The notes under the pieces: model-generated
The model's input: only the letters and a program-made list of their open reading frames with translations
What the model was told of the DNA's origin: nothing
The model's database searches: none
NCBI GenBank assembly: GCA_963788655.1
Contig: CAWBHS010000023.1
Span: 1 to 64,000 of the forward strand
Length of the DNA stretch: 64,000 nucleotides
From: an uncultured Verrucomicrobiae bacterium
GTDB lineage: Bacteria > Verrucomicrobiota > Verrucomicrobiia > Limisphaerales > JAFGQR01
Direction of reading: 5' to 3'
Program-made: the position numbers and the translations under genes
Part shown: piece by piece, positions 9,367 to 24,300 of the stretch
Position numbering within the stretch: the first letter of the stretch is position 1
Layout of the letters: each line of letters starts with the position of its first letter

Positions 9367-12300
9367 GTGAATACGGACAACTCCAGACAGCGGTTTGAAC
9401 TTGAAGGGCTCGAGCCACGGATTCTGCTTTCCGCGGACGGGCTCAATCCGCTCTCGGGGGTCCCCCCCACCGCCGCGCTGCTGCTCAGTGCGGAAGAGAT
9501 CCAAATTAGCAATCCGGAGGATTCCCCAGCGCAATCGGAATCCGGCTTCGGTTACGATCCGGCTTCCCAACTCGACAGCATTTTCAACAGCGTCGCCGAT
9601 TCCCAGACTCAAAGTGAATCTGCCGTTTTGGCTCCGGCCCCTGAAACCGATGATCCGGCTTCCACTTCACCGGATGCATTGCAAGTCACCCCGACTGTGA
9701 CCATGGACAGCCGGGTAGAGATGCAAATTGCTACCGACCCTGCACCGGACACCGCGTCGTCGCCTATCGATTCAAGCTCATCGCCGGCACCAGATTCCCC
9801 GGCCACACTTTCCCTGACCGAACAGTTGACGGACACCCTGCACGCCGCCAATGGACCTCCAGCGACCGCTGCCGACCAGCCTGTTTCAAGCGATTCGGAA
9901 TATGTCGATCCCGACGTTCTGGCCAATCCTCAGCAGGCAATCATCGATGGTTTAACGGCCTTGGGCAATTGGGCCAACACCCTCGACAACTTTGGCAAAT
10001 TTGCCTCAAATCTTCCGATAATCGAGCGTAATGTGGGTCAAATGCTGGATGCTGGTGGCATTCTGTTGACCTATCTGCGCGACCCGATCAACGCTTACTT
10101 TACTTCGGACACTACGCCCACGACGGATGAATTGTTGGTAGCGTTGCAGAATCTCGACACGACGGTGGGCGGTTTGTCGATCACCGTTGATGACGGTTCG
10201 GTGACCGGCGGATTGATCGGTGGCAACGAGTTTCGGTTTAATCTGATTTTTCAGGCCACCAAGACGGTGACCGGCATCCCGATTGGCCTGGGACCGAACA
10301 GCGACGACTTGAACCTCGTGGTTCCAGCTTCCGCTTCCGCAACCGTCAATGCGAACGTCAGTTTCACGTTCGACTTCTCCTTCGGCCTGCGGAACCTCAG
10401 CGAGACTTCCCCCGGCAATGGCCAATACGACCTCACCCTTTCCTCCGCGCAATCGTTTTACATTTCGGTCGCCAGTCTGACGGCTTCCGCGGCGGTGCAT
10501 GTCAATAACGCGAACTTCAATATGAAGGTCGGATTCATCGACGTGGGGGTGTCGAATGGACAGATCGACCTCGACGGAAACGCGACGGTCAGCCTGACCG
10601 ATCCGGATTCGAACGGGATGATCACCCGGACAGAACTGACCTCCACCCCGTTTGCCAACCTGGTCTCGGTGAACTTGACCGGTACCGCCAGCGCCAGTTT
10701 GCCCATCACCAACTCGCTGTTCTCCGGCACGCAGACCCTTACCGCAAACTGGGCTGATGTAAACCAGCCCGACACCTTGACCAGCAACGTCGGCTCGCTG
10801 CTGAACTACGACCGGTTCGAAAACCTCACGCCCCAGACGTTGATTGATGGCTTCAATGCCCTGGCAACTTGGTTGGACAGCACCAACAACCCGACCATGC
10901 TCGGCAAGCCGCTGCCGTTTGTGAGCGATGGGGTGAAGACCGTTCTGGACATCAAGAACCTGATTACCACCCGCTTCATCACCCAAACCGGCCAATGGGA
11001 CACTGCCCAAACCCTGGCGTCCAAACTGGAGGCGGTGGCGGACCTCAGCGGCGTGAACATTACCTTTGCCGGCAACGAGTTGCGTTACACGCTCAACCTC
11101 AGTTCCACCCAAACGAAGACCGTCCAGTTCCGCTCCGGCCTGCCGAATCTGCCCCTGAGCGTTAACGTCCCAAATTTCAATCTGACCGTGACCGCCACCG
11201 GAACCCTGGTGTTCGCCCTGGACATCAGTGATTTCTCGTTTTACCTGCGCGATGATGGTCCCGGCCCCGAGTTCAGCCTGAGCGCCAGCGTAACCGCCAA
11301 TTCTATCAGTGCCACCGGCGGCGTTGGCTTCCTTTCGGTGGACATGACCGGCTCCGCCCAACTGGCGGCCAGCATCACGCTGCAAATTACCGATCCGTCC
11401 AACGATCACAAGATCACCCTGAACGATTTCGCCGGCGGCGTGGGCACCATTGCCAGCTTTGTGACGTTCAACGTGGGCGGCACCGCCAATGCCAACCTCC
11501 AGCTCGCCTCCCCGCTCGCCGGTATTCCCGCGCAACCGTTGACCCTCGACTGGCCGAACTTGGCCGACCTGAATACCTTCACGTCGAACATCGCGTCGCT
11601 GACCGACTTCACCAGTTGGGGCCAAATCACGGCCGACGCCTTCAGCGCGGGCCTGAACCAGTTGGTCGGTTACCTGGCTACCATGGCCAATGATGACCTG
11701 GGCGGAAACAATCCTTTGAAGATCAAGCTGCCGCTGATTGACAAGTCGCTGGCCGAACTGATCGACATTCAAAGCTTCTTCGAGTCGGCACTGACGAACG
11801 CCACTGATTTCGCCAACCAACCCGACGGGACTACTGCACCGCCCTTCGGTAACAGCGCGCAACTGCTGAACCTTCTGAAGTCCCTGCCCGGTGTCGGCCC
11901 CAGCAACGCCACCAACCAAGCCACCGCCGATGACATCCGTTACACGCTGCACATTGACAAGGCGCTGGTTCGCATTTACCCGCTCAAACTGGACCTTGGC
12001 AACAACGCTAATCTGTCGCTCAACTCGACGGTCAACATCACCACCAACCTCGACCTGAACATCGACATCACCTTCGGTGTGAGCAAGGCCGACGGAACCT
12101 TCTTCATCGTGGATTCTGGATCACCAGTGCTGTCCGGATCGGCCACCGTCACCACCGACATTAACGTCGCTGCGCGGCTGGGCTTCCTGGATGTGAGTGT
12201 CAATCACGGCACCGCCACTTTGAACGCCGGCGTCGCGGTAACGCTGGTCGATCCCGCCCTCGATAATCCGGCCAGCCCCGGCAAAATCACCGGCAACGAA

Positions 12301-15300
12301 ATCGGCAACGCGCCGGTCGCCGACCTTGTGAGCGTGGCGTTTACGGGCGCCGGCGGGACGGGCAATCCCAGCTTGAGCGCCGCGTTGCCGCTCAGCGCCA
12401 CCCTCGGCACGTTCACGCGCAGCGGCACCCTGACAGTCACTTGGGCCAATCTCCTCAGCCCGTCCACGATCGCGCTCGACACGTCGCCGATCGCCGACAT
12501 GTTCAATTTCAATTCGATCTCGGTCGATGACGCGCTGCAAGGATTGCTGAACCTGCCGAGCGTTTTGGACCAATTGCTCGACAACACCAAGTTCGCCAAA
12601 GAACTCCCCCTCATCGGCAATGGCCTGAAGAACCTGGTGCAGATCGCCGACCGCGTGCGCGGCTGGATCGATCAATTGGCGCCCATCGTGAACGGCGCGC
12701 GCAGCCCGACCTTTTCCTCTGCCGGCAGTCTCGAAACCCGGCTCGAACAAATCCTCAATAGCGCCGGCGCGCCCTTCGACATCACCGTAACCGTCAGTGG
12801 CTCGGACGTGCAGTTTGCGGTTCTGTTCAAGCAAACCATCGTCAATCAGAACCTGAACTACGCGATCAACGAAGGCGTGCAGGGGCTTGGCTTCCAATCG
12901 ACCGGCACGCTCAAGGTCAACGGTTCCGTCGAGGCCAAGGTCCGCTTCGGGCTGGCGTTTGGCGCTGGCGTGCCATTGGATCAACGATTCTACATCGTAC
13001 CCGGCGCGGACAGTTCAGTGGCGTTGAAGTTCAAGATCGCCGCCAATGTCATGGCCTCTGGCAGCTTCGGCCTGATCACCATCAATGGGAATGGCACCGC
13101 CCGCGTCGGCAGCGGCGCCAGTCAGGCCAACGATGCTTCCTTGAGCATCGCGCTCGTGGATCCCAACACCACCGCCAACACCGCCAACAAGATTGTCCTG
13201 GCCGAAATTCTGAACAGCCCGCTGGCCATCCTCGGTTCGCTCACCCCGACCGGCAGCGCGTATATCAACCTCTCGATCTCCTCGCCGAATGTCATGCCCG
13301 CGCCCAATCCGCTGCCTGGCGTCACCGTCGAGTGGGCCAGCATTGGCAACCTGACCAATCCCACCGTCACCACTTCCGGCGACCTCAGCGCCTTCATCAG
13401 CGCCGCCGCCAATTTTAATTTGAGCAACGTGCTCGCGGGCATCCAGTCCGTCCTCAACATGATCAGCGCCTGGACCGGATTGCCGATCATGCAGACCAAG
13501 ATTCCCCTGGTCAATCGGAGTTTGGCTGACATTTTCGATTTCGTCAGTGAAGCGGTGAAGTTTTTCAACGAGGTTTCGCACACCAACGCCGCCACCGCCA
13601 GCGCGTTCGATACTGCGGTGCAGGCGGCGTTAACGGCCGCGGGGTTGCCGGCGGGTTCGACGTTCGAGCTGATTCCATCGTCCGATCCGACCTACCACAA
13701 TCCAGGCGACCTCTCGAATCCGCGCGTCCTCTATCTGTTCCATTACCGCCACAACTTTGCCGCCAACACGGTGGATTTCGACTGGGGCAACGATCTCTTC
13801 TCGCTCAGCCTGTCATTCACGCCAGCCATCACGTTTGACCTGCAAATTGAATTTGGGTTCAGCAAGGAAAAGGGCTTCTACATCGTGGACCGCGATACCG
13901 CGCCGGCCGGTGAAGTCATTCGTTCGGACTTGCGCATGGGCATCGGCGAAGTCCATCTCGGCGCGGGTTTGACGGCCTCCAATTTCAATGCCGGCGGCCA
14001 ATTTGGCCCGGTGATTTACGGTGTGGCCGGCGGCAACGCCAGTGCGAATTTCGGCCTCACGCTCAATCTCAACGATCCGAATAGCTCCGGCGGCATCATC
14101 ACCACCAGCGAGTTGACCGGTAACATCACCACCGTCCTGCAACCTTCCGTCGGCGGCACCGCCTCGATCGTTTTGCCGATGGGCGTGCGCATTGGCAGCG
14201 ACGGTCCGGGCGTCAAGACCACCTTTAGCGCATACTGGAATGCCAACTCCCCGACGACGTTCCATTTCGGTTCGCCGAGTGGTTCGACCGATCCGGCGGA
14301 CGGCTTCTCCGGCATTCAATTCGAACTGGGTGAATTCCTACGCAAGCTGATCGGGCCATTCATCGAGAAGATCAACGAGTTCAATCCGCTGCCGCCCGAA
14401 ATTATCCGCGTCATCAACACCAAGTTGCCGCTGATCGACAAGACACCCGCCGAATTGTTGGGTGACCTAACCGGCCAACCGGAAATCAAGCTACTCTTTC
14501 AAATCCTCCAAGTCGTCACCGACCTGAATACCGTCATCAACTCCGGCAAGGATCTCGACCTCTCTGGTTACATCGCCGGCGAATCCGCCCCGTCCAATCC
14601 CGGTTCCGGCAGCGCCACCGGCGGCGACACCTCCGGCGGCAGCACGGGCTTTCTCAGTGCGCTGGATGACTTCGGCATTCGCATCTTTGGCGACCTGCCC
14701 TCGAAACTGTTCACCAGCTCGACGCCGATCCCCGGCGCGATCATTCGCCTGTTGCTCAAAGATCAAAACGTCGAGTTCGTGGCCTGGAAACCCGCGCAGT
14801 TCCACGTCGGTTTCGAATTCAATTCCCCGCCCATCCCGCTGTTCAGCTTCGGCATTCCGTTCATTGCCGAAGCCCGCGTCGAGGCGCAGATCGGCGGCAG
14901 CATTGGATTCTTTGCCAACTTGGAAATCGGCTTTACCTCGCGCGGCTTGTTCTTTGATCCCGATGGCGCGGGTCCGAAAAAGCCCAGCATCCTCAACGGC
15001 TTCTATTTCGGCGATAACATCGTCAACGGCGAAGACCAGTTCGAAGTCGGCTTCACCGCGGAAGTTCACCTCGATATTTCCGGGGTCGCCAAAATCCTCG
15101 GTGTCGATGCCGTGCGGGTGTATGGCCGGGGTGGCGTTCGCGGAACCATCGGCCTGGACATGGCCGACGTGCGCTATGACTCAATGGACCCGACGTTGCA
15201 AATCGGCGTCATCCAGCGCCGCGACACGCCCCAGGGCGACAACAAAGTTTATCTCGATGAAATTGGTTGGATCGTCAACAACTACGGCCTCACTTGCGCG

Positions 15301-18300
15301 CTCTCGTTGGGCGGCACGCTCGAAGCTTTCCTCGGCGTCGGCGCCAAGGCGCTCTGTTTGTTCGGCGGTTGCCTGGTCGATGTCTATGACGAAGCCACGG
15401 TCACCATTGCGAACTTCGACATTCCTTGCATGCCCAACACCACCAACCTGGCGGATGTCTCGGGCAATTCGCTCGTCATGTTCGACGACAACGCGCCTGA
15501 TAGCATCGGCGACCATGACATTGTGGTGACTGTCCGCGTGGACCGTGACGGCAATCCGCTTGGCCTCCGCATCCAAAAGCATCAGAAAGAAACCGACGTT
15601 GAGCGCATCATCTCCTCGTTGAACGCCACCAATGACATTTATGGCCGGGGTGTGAGTCTTGGCGACAAAGCGCTTTACAATGGTGACGTTTATACGTTTT
15701 TCGGACCGTTCGGTGGTTGGATCAAAGGTGGCGATGCGGCCGACACCATCACCATTGGCGACAAGAATGAATTCGAGGAATTTACCGCCGCCGAACTGGC
15801 TGGGGTCGATACCTTGGTAATCAAAGGCACCCAGGGCAACGACAAGATCAGCATCGATCCCACCGTCAGTGAGGTGCTCGGCATTCAGCACATCACCATC
15901 GACAGCCGTGGCGGCAACGATCAGATCGACTTCGGCACGCTCGACCCGGCCACTTCCAATTTGCAGGACACCAACATCACGACTGGCGACGGCGATGACC
16001 GCATTGTCGGCACGTTCGCCCGTGACGTAATCCATGCCGGAGCCGGTAATGACACTGTCAGCGGCGAGGGCGGCAACGACGACTTGTATGGTGAGGATGG
16101 CGACGATACGCTTTCCGGCGGGGCGGGTGATGATTACATAGATGGCGGCCTGGGGGCGGACACAATTTACGGCCAGGGCGGCATCAACACCATTCATGGC
16201 CGCGCCGGCAACGACACCATCGTGGGTGGCGACGACCGCGACGTGATCTATGGCGAGGAAGACATTGACAACATCACCGGCCAGGCGGGTAACGACGAAG
16301 CCCACGGTGGCAGCGCTGATGATACCGTGTTCGGCGGCACGGGCGACGATAGCCTCTTCGGCGACGCCGGTAACGACATTCTGAATGGTGAGGACGGCAA
16401 TGACTTCATCGATGGTGGTTCGGGCATGGACGAAATCAAAGGTGAGGCCGGCATCGACACGCTCAATGGTGGTTCCGAAGACGACACGATTTACGGTGGC
16501 AGCGAGGACGACACCATCAACGGCAACGATGGCAACGACGTGCTCTACGGCGGCCCCGGCAATGACACCATTTCGGGCGGCAACAACGATGACCGCGTCT
16601 ATGGCGAAGACGGCAACGACATCATCCACGGCGACGATGGCCAGGACGAATTGCACGGCGGGAACGGCAACGATTCCATCTACGGCGGCAACCAGAACGA
16701 CACAATCTTCGGTGAGGGCAACGACGATTATATTGAAGGCAACGCCGGCACCGACACCATCACCGGCGGCGCGGGCGACGACTTTCTGATTGGCGGCGGT
16801 TCCACGGTGGGCTCCGATGCGGGCGCCGGCGACACCATCAACGGCGAGAGCGGGAATGACATCATCATTGGCGACGACGGCGCCAAGGGCTCGATCATTC
16901 TCCTGGGTGGCACCGGCAACGACATCCTGTCCGGCGGCAGTGGTGACGACCAGATCTTCGGTGAAGGCGGCAATGACACCATTACCGGCGACGCCGGAAA
17001 CGATCTTATTCACGGCAATGACGGCAATGACACCATCAACGGCAACGATAATGAGGACGATCTCTATGGCGATGCCGGCCAGGACACCATTCACGGTGAC
17101 AATGGCCTCGATCGCATCTGGGGCGGTGACGACGTGGACACCATTACCGGCGACGCGGGCAACGACGTTATCCGGGGCGACAATGGCAACGACATCATCC
17201 AGGGCAACGCCGGCGATGATGTGATCTATGGCGGAGCCGGCGACGATAACATCGAAGGCAACGCCGGCCTGGATCGCATCTATGGTGGCGACGGCAATGA
17301 CACCATTTATGGTTACGCCCTGGTCACCGCTGGGGATGATAACACGGCCGACACGATTTTCGGCGAGAACGGCAATGACATCATCCACGGCAACGGCGGC
17401 GACGACTCGCTGGATGGCGGCGCGGGCGTGGACATGATTTATGGTGAGGACGGCAACGATCTCGTTATGGCGGGCACGGGCGTGGGCGACCAATTATTTG
17501 GCGGCAATAATGACGACCACCTGATCGGCTCCGACGAAGGCGCCGACACCGACCCGAATTTCAATGACGCGACCTATTTCGGCGACGTGATCGATGGTGG
17601 CGCTGGTAACGATTGGATCGAAGGCCTCGGCGGCGCTGACAACCTCCAAGGCGGCGAAGGTGACGACGCGATCGATAGTGGCGTGGGTGCCGACCTCGTC
17701 CACGGTGGCAATGGCAATGACGATATTTTTGCTGGCCACGGTTTGGGCGACACAATCTTCGGCGACGACGGCGATGACGTTATCTACGGGGCCCACGAAG
17801 GCAACGACGCCATCAATGGCGGCAACGGCAACGACCGCATTTATGGCCAGGGCGGCACCGACGTTCTCCACGGCAACGAGGACGATGATTATGTCGATGG
17901 CGGCGGCGGTACCGACCAGGTGTTCGGGGACAATGGCAACGACGAACTCGTGGGCGGCGGTGGCGCCGGTGACGTTCTCGACGGCGGCAACGGCGACGAC
18001 CTGATTCACGGCTCCGACGACGGCGCTGACAACATCACCGGCGGCGCTGGCAACGACCGTATCCTGGGCAACGGCGGCAACGACACGATCAGCGGCGGTC
18101 CGGGTGACGACATCATTGACGGCGGCGCCGGCGACGACACTATTTCCGGTGATGAGGGCAGCGATCTGATCCTGGGCGGCGCCGATCACGATACGCTCTT
18201 TGGGCAAAACGCCAGCGGCACCGGTGAAGACAACGCGGTCGATTACCTTTACGGCGACTTCGGCACCAATGCCAATCCGGCCGAAACCGGTTCGGGTCGT

Positions 18301-21300
18301 GATAGGCTTTTTGGTGGTGGTGGCAATGACCTCATTTACGGGGAGGGCGAAGACGATTTCATCGACGGTGGTTCCGGCGGGAGCAACCTGATCAACTACG
18401 GCTCGGGCGAAAGCGCTACCCCTTCGGATTACGTTGCGCCCACGGCCACACCCGCTCCGGCCATCCAGCCAACTACTGGCATCAGCCACGCCCCCTCCAC
18501 TTTGACCAACCGCACGAATGAACGCGGTCGTTGGACGGAATTCTCCAGTTCGGCCAGCGACGGCGGATTGAGCGATACGGACAGTCTCGCGCTTGAACCC
18601 AGCATTGCCACCGACAGTCTCGGCAATCGTTACATCGCCTGGGTGGATGGCCGGAATGGGAATTACGAAATCTATGTGGCCGTGCTGTCCAGCGCGGGTG
18701 TCTGGTCGCAACTGGCCGGCAGCGCGCAAGACGGCGGGGTCAGCAACACGCTGACTTCCTCCCGCCGTCCCAGCATTGCTGTGGGCGCGGACAACCATCC
18801 GGTGGTCGCCTGGACCGAGTTTGGTGCGGGCGCCACTTCGAGCAACATCCGCGTCGCCAAATACGATCCGACCGCCAATGGCGGCGCCGGCGGTTGGGTG
18901 GCGTTGGGCTCGTCGCTCACTGCCAATGGCGTCAGCAGCAGCGGTCTCGCCGACAACGCTTCATTGGTCATCGCCGCGGCAGGGCCGACCGTCGGTTGGC
19001 TCGACAACTCCAGTGGCACCACGCACGTTCGCGTTCGCCAGTTCAGCGGCGGCAATTGGAACGAGTTGGGTGCTGGCAGCGCCACCGGTTTCGGCATCTC
19101 CGGTTCCGCGGCCAGCGTTCGTGATCTGGTGCTGACCACCGACGGCGCGACGAAAATGGCCGCGGCCTGGACCCAACCGGTGGGCGGCAGCAGTCAGATC
19201 TACGTTAAGGAATCGACCGCCGGCGGTGCGTTCACCCAGATTGGCAACTCGGCCACGGGCGGCGGCGCAAGCAATACACTTGGTGCCAGCAGCGCTCCCA
19301 CAATGGCCTATCGCAGCGGTGCTTTGTTTGTAGCCTGGCAGGACGAAACCAATGTCTTCTCAGAAATCTACGCGGTGCAATACAGCAGCGGCACCCGCAC
19401 GGTCATCAGCACTTCCGGCGGCGGTGTTTCCAATACCAACGGTTCTGCCACGCAACCCAGCCTGGCATCCAATGGTTCCAATCTTTACCTGGCCTGGGCG
19501 GACGATACCGCCAACAGCCGCGTCGGCACGAAGATCGCGATTTATGTCCGCAAGTGGAGCGGAGCATCTTTCGTTGAGGAACTGACCGGCGACGCTGCCT
19601 ATTACGGGATCAGTTACACCGGCGGCATGTTGCGTTCGCTCGACCTCGCACTCGACAATGCTGGCAAGCCGTTCGTGGCTTGGAACGATCAGACTGCCGG
19701 CAGTCCGCAGATTTATGTTCGCGGCAACACGTTCACGCTGACGAACATTTTCACCGCCAGCGGCGCAACCAGTGTGCAGTCGATTTTGGATGCTCTCGAT
19801 CTCAATCCGGGTGATGTCATTCTGGTGACGAGTAACACCGGCGGCTTCACCGTTGGCGGGAATGACGCGGGGGTGCTCATTCACATCCTGCCCACGCCGA
19901 ACTTTTCCAGCGCGGTCAGCATCACGGTGGACAACGTGACGATCCAGGGCGGCAACTTCACGTCCACGATCACCGCCACCAACGCCAACGGCTTCACGTT
20001 GCGCGATGCCGCCGTTTCCGACGGCGTTACCGTGAGTGGCGGTTCTAATGCGCAACTCCTACACAACCTCTTGTACGGCGCCACCGCCGTGACGCTCACT
20101 GGCGGCGCGACAAGTTCGGTCATTGAGCACAACAACATTCACGGCAGCACGACCGGTTTGGCGATCACGGCTGGCGGTGCCACGGGTGTGGTGGTGTTCG
20201 ATAACAAGTTGACGGCCGCGAACCGCCCTGGTCATCTCGGCGGCGTCCAGCGGTACGATTGAAGAAAACGTTCTCTCTGCTACCGACACCGGTTTGAACA
20301 TTGCCGCGGTGTTCACTGGCCTGGTCCGCGCCAACGAAATCATGGGCGCGAACGTCGGCGTGGCCTACAGCGCCGCGGCGACCCTAAGCGCCAACCGCAT
20401 TCACGACAACGTAACGGGCGTTGTTTCCACGGTAGGTGGGAACGTCAACGGTCTGGGCTTCGTAGGTATGGCTGATCCGAATGATATTTACGCCAACACG
20501 ACCGGAGTCTTGCTCACCGGCCAGATGCAAAACCAGCACGTCTTCGACAACACGACTGGCGTCAGCGGTTCGGGCATCCTGGGCGGGACCGACGCGGCCT
20601 TGGCCAACTTGATCGAAAACAACGCCACCGGCGTTGGCAGCTTCACCGGCACCATTCAATTCAGCCGCATCGCCCGCAACGACGTTGGCATCGCGGCCAC
20701 CAATGGGCTGATCATCATTCACAACCAGGTCTATAAAAACACGTCCATTGGCATCGCGGTGAACGCCGACACCGATGTGCGGATCGTCAGTAACACGATC
20801 TATTCGCCGCTCGGCGACAGCATCCGAATCGACGGCAGTTCCAGCAACATCGAGGTGCGGAGCAACATCGTTTGGTCCGAAACCGGTTACGGTATTTACG
20901 TCGATAACAACAGCCAAACTGGGTTCTTCAGTGATTACAATGACCTGCACGCCACGGGCACTGGCCGCGTGGCTTACTGGACGAAAGACTTCTCCGACAT
21001 CCTCGACTTCCAGGCCGACGTGGCGGCGTTCGATCTGCACTCGATTGGCCGCACCGCAGTGCATCCGCAATGGTCCGAACCGCAGTTCTACAATCGGGCG
21101 TTTGATGACTTCCGGACGTTCGACCTGGTGGCCGGGCTACGCTTCTCAAGTCCGACTGTCGATAACGCCGATCCGCTGACAGACTTGGGCGTGCCGCCGT
21201 TCGAGACGAACTTGCTGGTCAATCCAGGCTTCGAGTCCGGCCTGAATAACTGGACCGCCAACCTGAATGCCGGCACCAAGAGTTCAAGCCCGGCGCCGTT

Positions 21301-24300
21301 TGCGGGGAGCAGTTATTTTTACGCGGGCAACATCCAACAGGGCTTTGCGGAACAAACGGTGAACCTGCTCAGCGCCGGTTTCACCACGACGCAATTGGAT
21401 TCGCAGGATTTGGTGCTGGTGTTTGGCGGACGCGTTCAGTCGCTCAGTGAGACCACGCTCGACCAGGGCCAGATCACAGTGGTCTTCCTCGACGGGACGG
21501 GCACGGAGATTGGCGTTGGCGGCCTCGGCACCGCGGCCAATGTGACCGATCGTTGGGAACTGATCGGCGGGCGTCTGCACCTGCCGGTGGGCACGCGCAG
21601 CATCAAGTATCGTTTCGAAGCGACCCTGAAGACCGGCAGCACCAACGACAGTTTCCTGGACGGTGCTTTTGCCTACGTGCTGAACGACACGGTCGCGCCA
21701 AACCAGGGTGCTTACGGAAATACGGTCGCTGAAAATCCCGAAACTGCCCGGGCTCATCTTTACGTTCGGTTCCCCGATCTCTACACCGATTGGGAACGCG
21801 ACAAGCCGCGCCAGATTCGTTGGGAATCCTACAACAACCTCACCGAACAAAACGTCCGCATCGACCTCTATCGGGACGATCCAGTGCATGGCCCGGCCTT
21901 CCTGCTGACGATTGCCGCTTCGACGGCCGATGACGGCGAGTTCAACTGGATTCCCTCAACCAGCGGCATCGCCTTTGCCACTTACGGATTGCGAATTGTG
22001 GTTTCCTTCGTGAACGACAATTCGGTGATCGACCGCAGTGTGGAATCCTTCACCGTGCCGGAAAACGGCGACAACTATTGGGTGGACGACCGTAGCAACA
22101 CCAATGACGAATACACCCCCGCGGCCATCGGCTCGAACCGCAACACCGGCAAACTGGCCACGGCGCCCAAACCGAATCCGGTCAACGTCCTGCGAATTTA
22201 CGAGCTGACCAGCGGTGCCACGTTGAACATTGACACTGGTCTGTATCCCCTCATCTACACCGTCATTGCCACGGCGAAGGCCGACGTGGGCCTGGGATTG
22301 GATCGCGGCTTCACGATGCGCGGCCCGACTGATCCGGCGCGCGTCGCGGAATTTGTCACCGCCATTCCCGGCAATGCCAACCAGGATTTGATTTACCTTG
22401 ATGACGCCGATTTGATGCAGATCCGTTTCCTGACGCTGACCGGCGGGCGTCATGGACTCTACGCCACGGATGCCACGAACAATCTGACCGCCGAACGGCT
22501 CACGGTTCGTGACAATGCCGGCACCGGACTGTTGCTCGACGGCAACAGCGACTTCATCCTGCTGAAGGACATCACCGCGGACAATCACGCCGGCAACGCG
22601 GACGGCGTGGGCATCGTGGGCGGCGCCGGTGGTACGATTGAGAATCTGACCAGCAGCAACAGCCGTTATGGACTGTTCGTGTCCGCCGCGAACCTCACGT
22701 TGAACGGCGCTACCATTTACAACAACCGCGCCGCCGGCATCCGTCAGGAAAGCAACACCACCGGCACCTGGACCGACCTCGAAGTGTTTGGCAACGGCTC
22801 GGGAATCGAGTTACAGGGCAACCTCACCATTGCCAATTCGTCGGTTCACGACAACGTGGGCAACGGCATCGATGGGATCAACAGCAGCAGTATCTTGACC
22901 CTGCAAGACTCGGCGGTGTTTGGCAACGACAACGGCGTGCTCATCCGCCGCGGCCAGATCACCGGCAGCCGCATTTATGGGAACGTGCGATCGGGCGTCT
23001 ATGCGCCGTATTATCCGGTGACGCTCACCGGGAATACGATCTACTCCAACAATTACGGCGTTTACAGCGAGGCCTACGTTTCCGGCACGTTCACCATCGC
23101 GAACAACCTGATTTACGACGACCGCCAGGCGGCGATTCGTTTCTCCAGCTATGGACCAAGCGCCTACGAGGTGGTGAACAATACGATCTTCGAGGCGCTG
23201 GCCGACGGCTTGTATGCCACCACGTCGGACAACATCCATCTGCGGAACAACATTATCTGGGTGCAGACCGGGTATGGGTTGCGCATCGGCAACGAAAGTC
23301 AGAACGATTTCACCAGCGACTACAACCTGCTCTATGCCACCGGCACCGGGAAGGTCGGTTATTGGCAGGGCGACCGGGCAACGTTGACCGCCTGGCAATT
23401 TGCCAATTTCCGCGACGGCAACAGTCTCAGCTCCGATCCGTTGTTTGTGAATGCCACCGGAGCGGACGGCATCCTGGGCGCGCCGAACTTGCAAGGCCTG
23501 ACGGCGACCTTCTACATCGGCAACACCCTGGCGGCGTTGGCCGGCGTTCCGGCGGTGACGCGCACGGATCGGCAGGTGAATTTCGAAGGCTACGGCGTAC
23601 CCGATAACGCGCTGCCGAATGACAACTGGGCCGGCCGTTGGACCGGTTGGTTGAAGGCCGACGTGGCGGGCAGTTACACGATTTACATCGATTCCCAGGG
23701 ACCGCAACGGTTGTCCATCGACGGCAGTGTGGTGATCGACGATGCGGTCGGAGCGAGTGAACAAAGCTACACGTTCAACGTGGCCGCGCCGGGATTGATC
23801 CCTATCACTTATGAGATGGTGGACAACAGCAGCTTTGCCCGGGCGCGGCTGCAGTGGGCGACGCCACAGACCGGCGGCACGCGCGAACTGATTCAACCGG
23901 GCAATCTGCTCACCAGCACCAGCTCGACCAACGGTGCCGACGATAATTTCCATCTGCAATCGCTCTACGGCAGCTTCAAGCCCGGCAGCGGTTATTCCAA
24001 CGACGCGGCCAGCAGTCCGGCAATTGATCGCGGGCGCCCGGGCGATTCGTTTGCCAACGAACCATTGGCCAACGGGGGATATATCAACCTGGGCGCCTAC
24101 GGCAACACGGCCACCGCCTCGAAGAGTCCGGCGCAATACATCCTGGTCACCAACCCGAACGGCGGTGATCGGTTGCCGCAGAAGACCAGCTACGAAATCC
24201 GCTGGCGGTCGGACGGGTTCACCGGCAACGTGCGCCTCGAGTATTCCACCAGCGGTGCCGGCGGATCGTTCCAAGACCTGGCGGCCAACGAGCCTAACGA

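Noticed and set aside
15820..18400. RTX toxin
   Set aside because: No pore-forming or enzymatic toxin domain, acyltransferase or immunity gene recognised; the architecture is adhesin-like.
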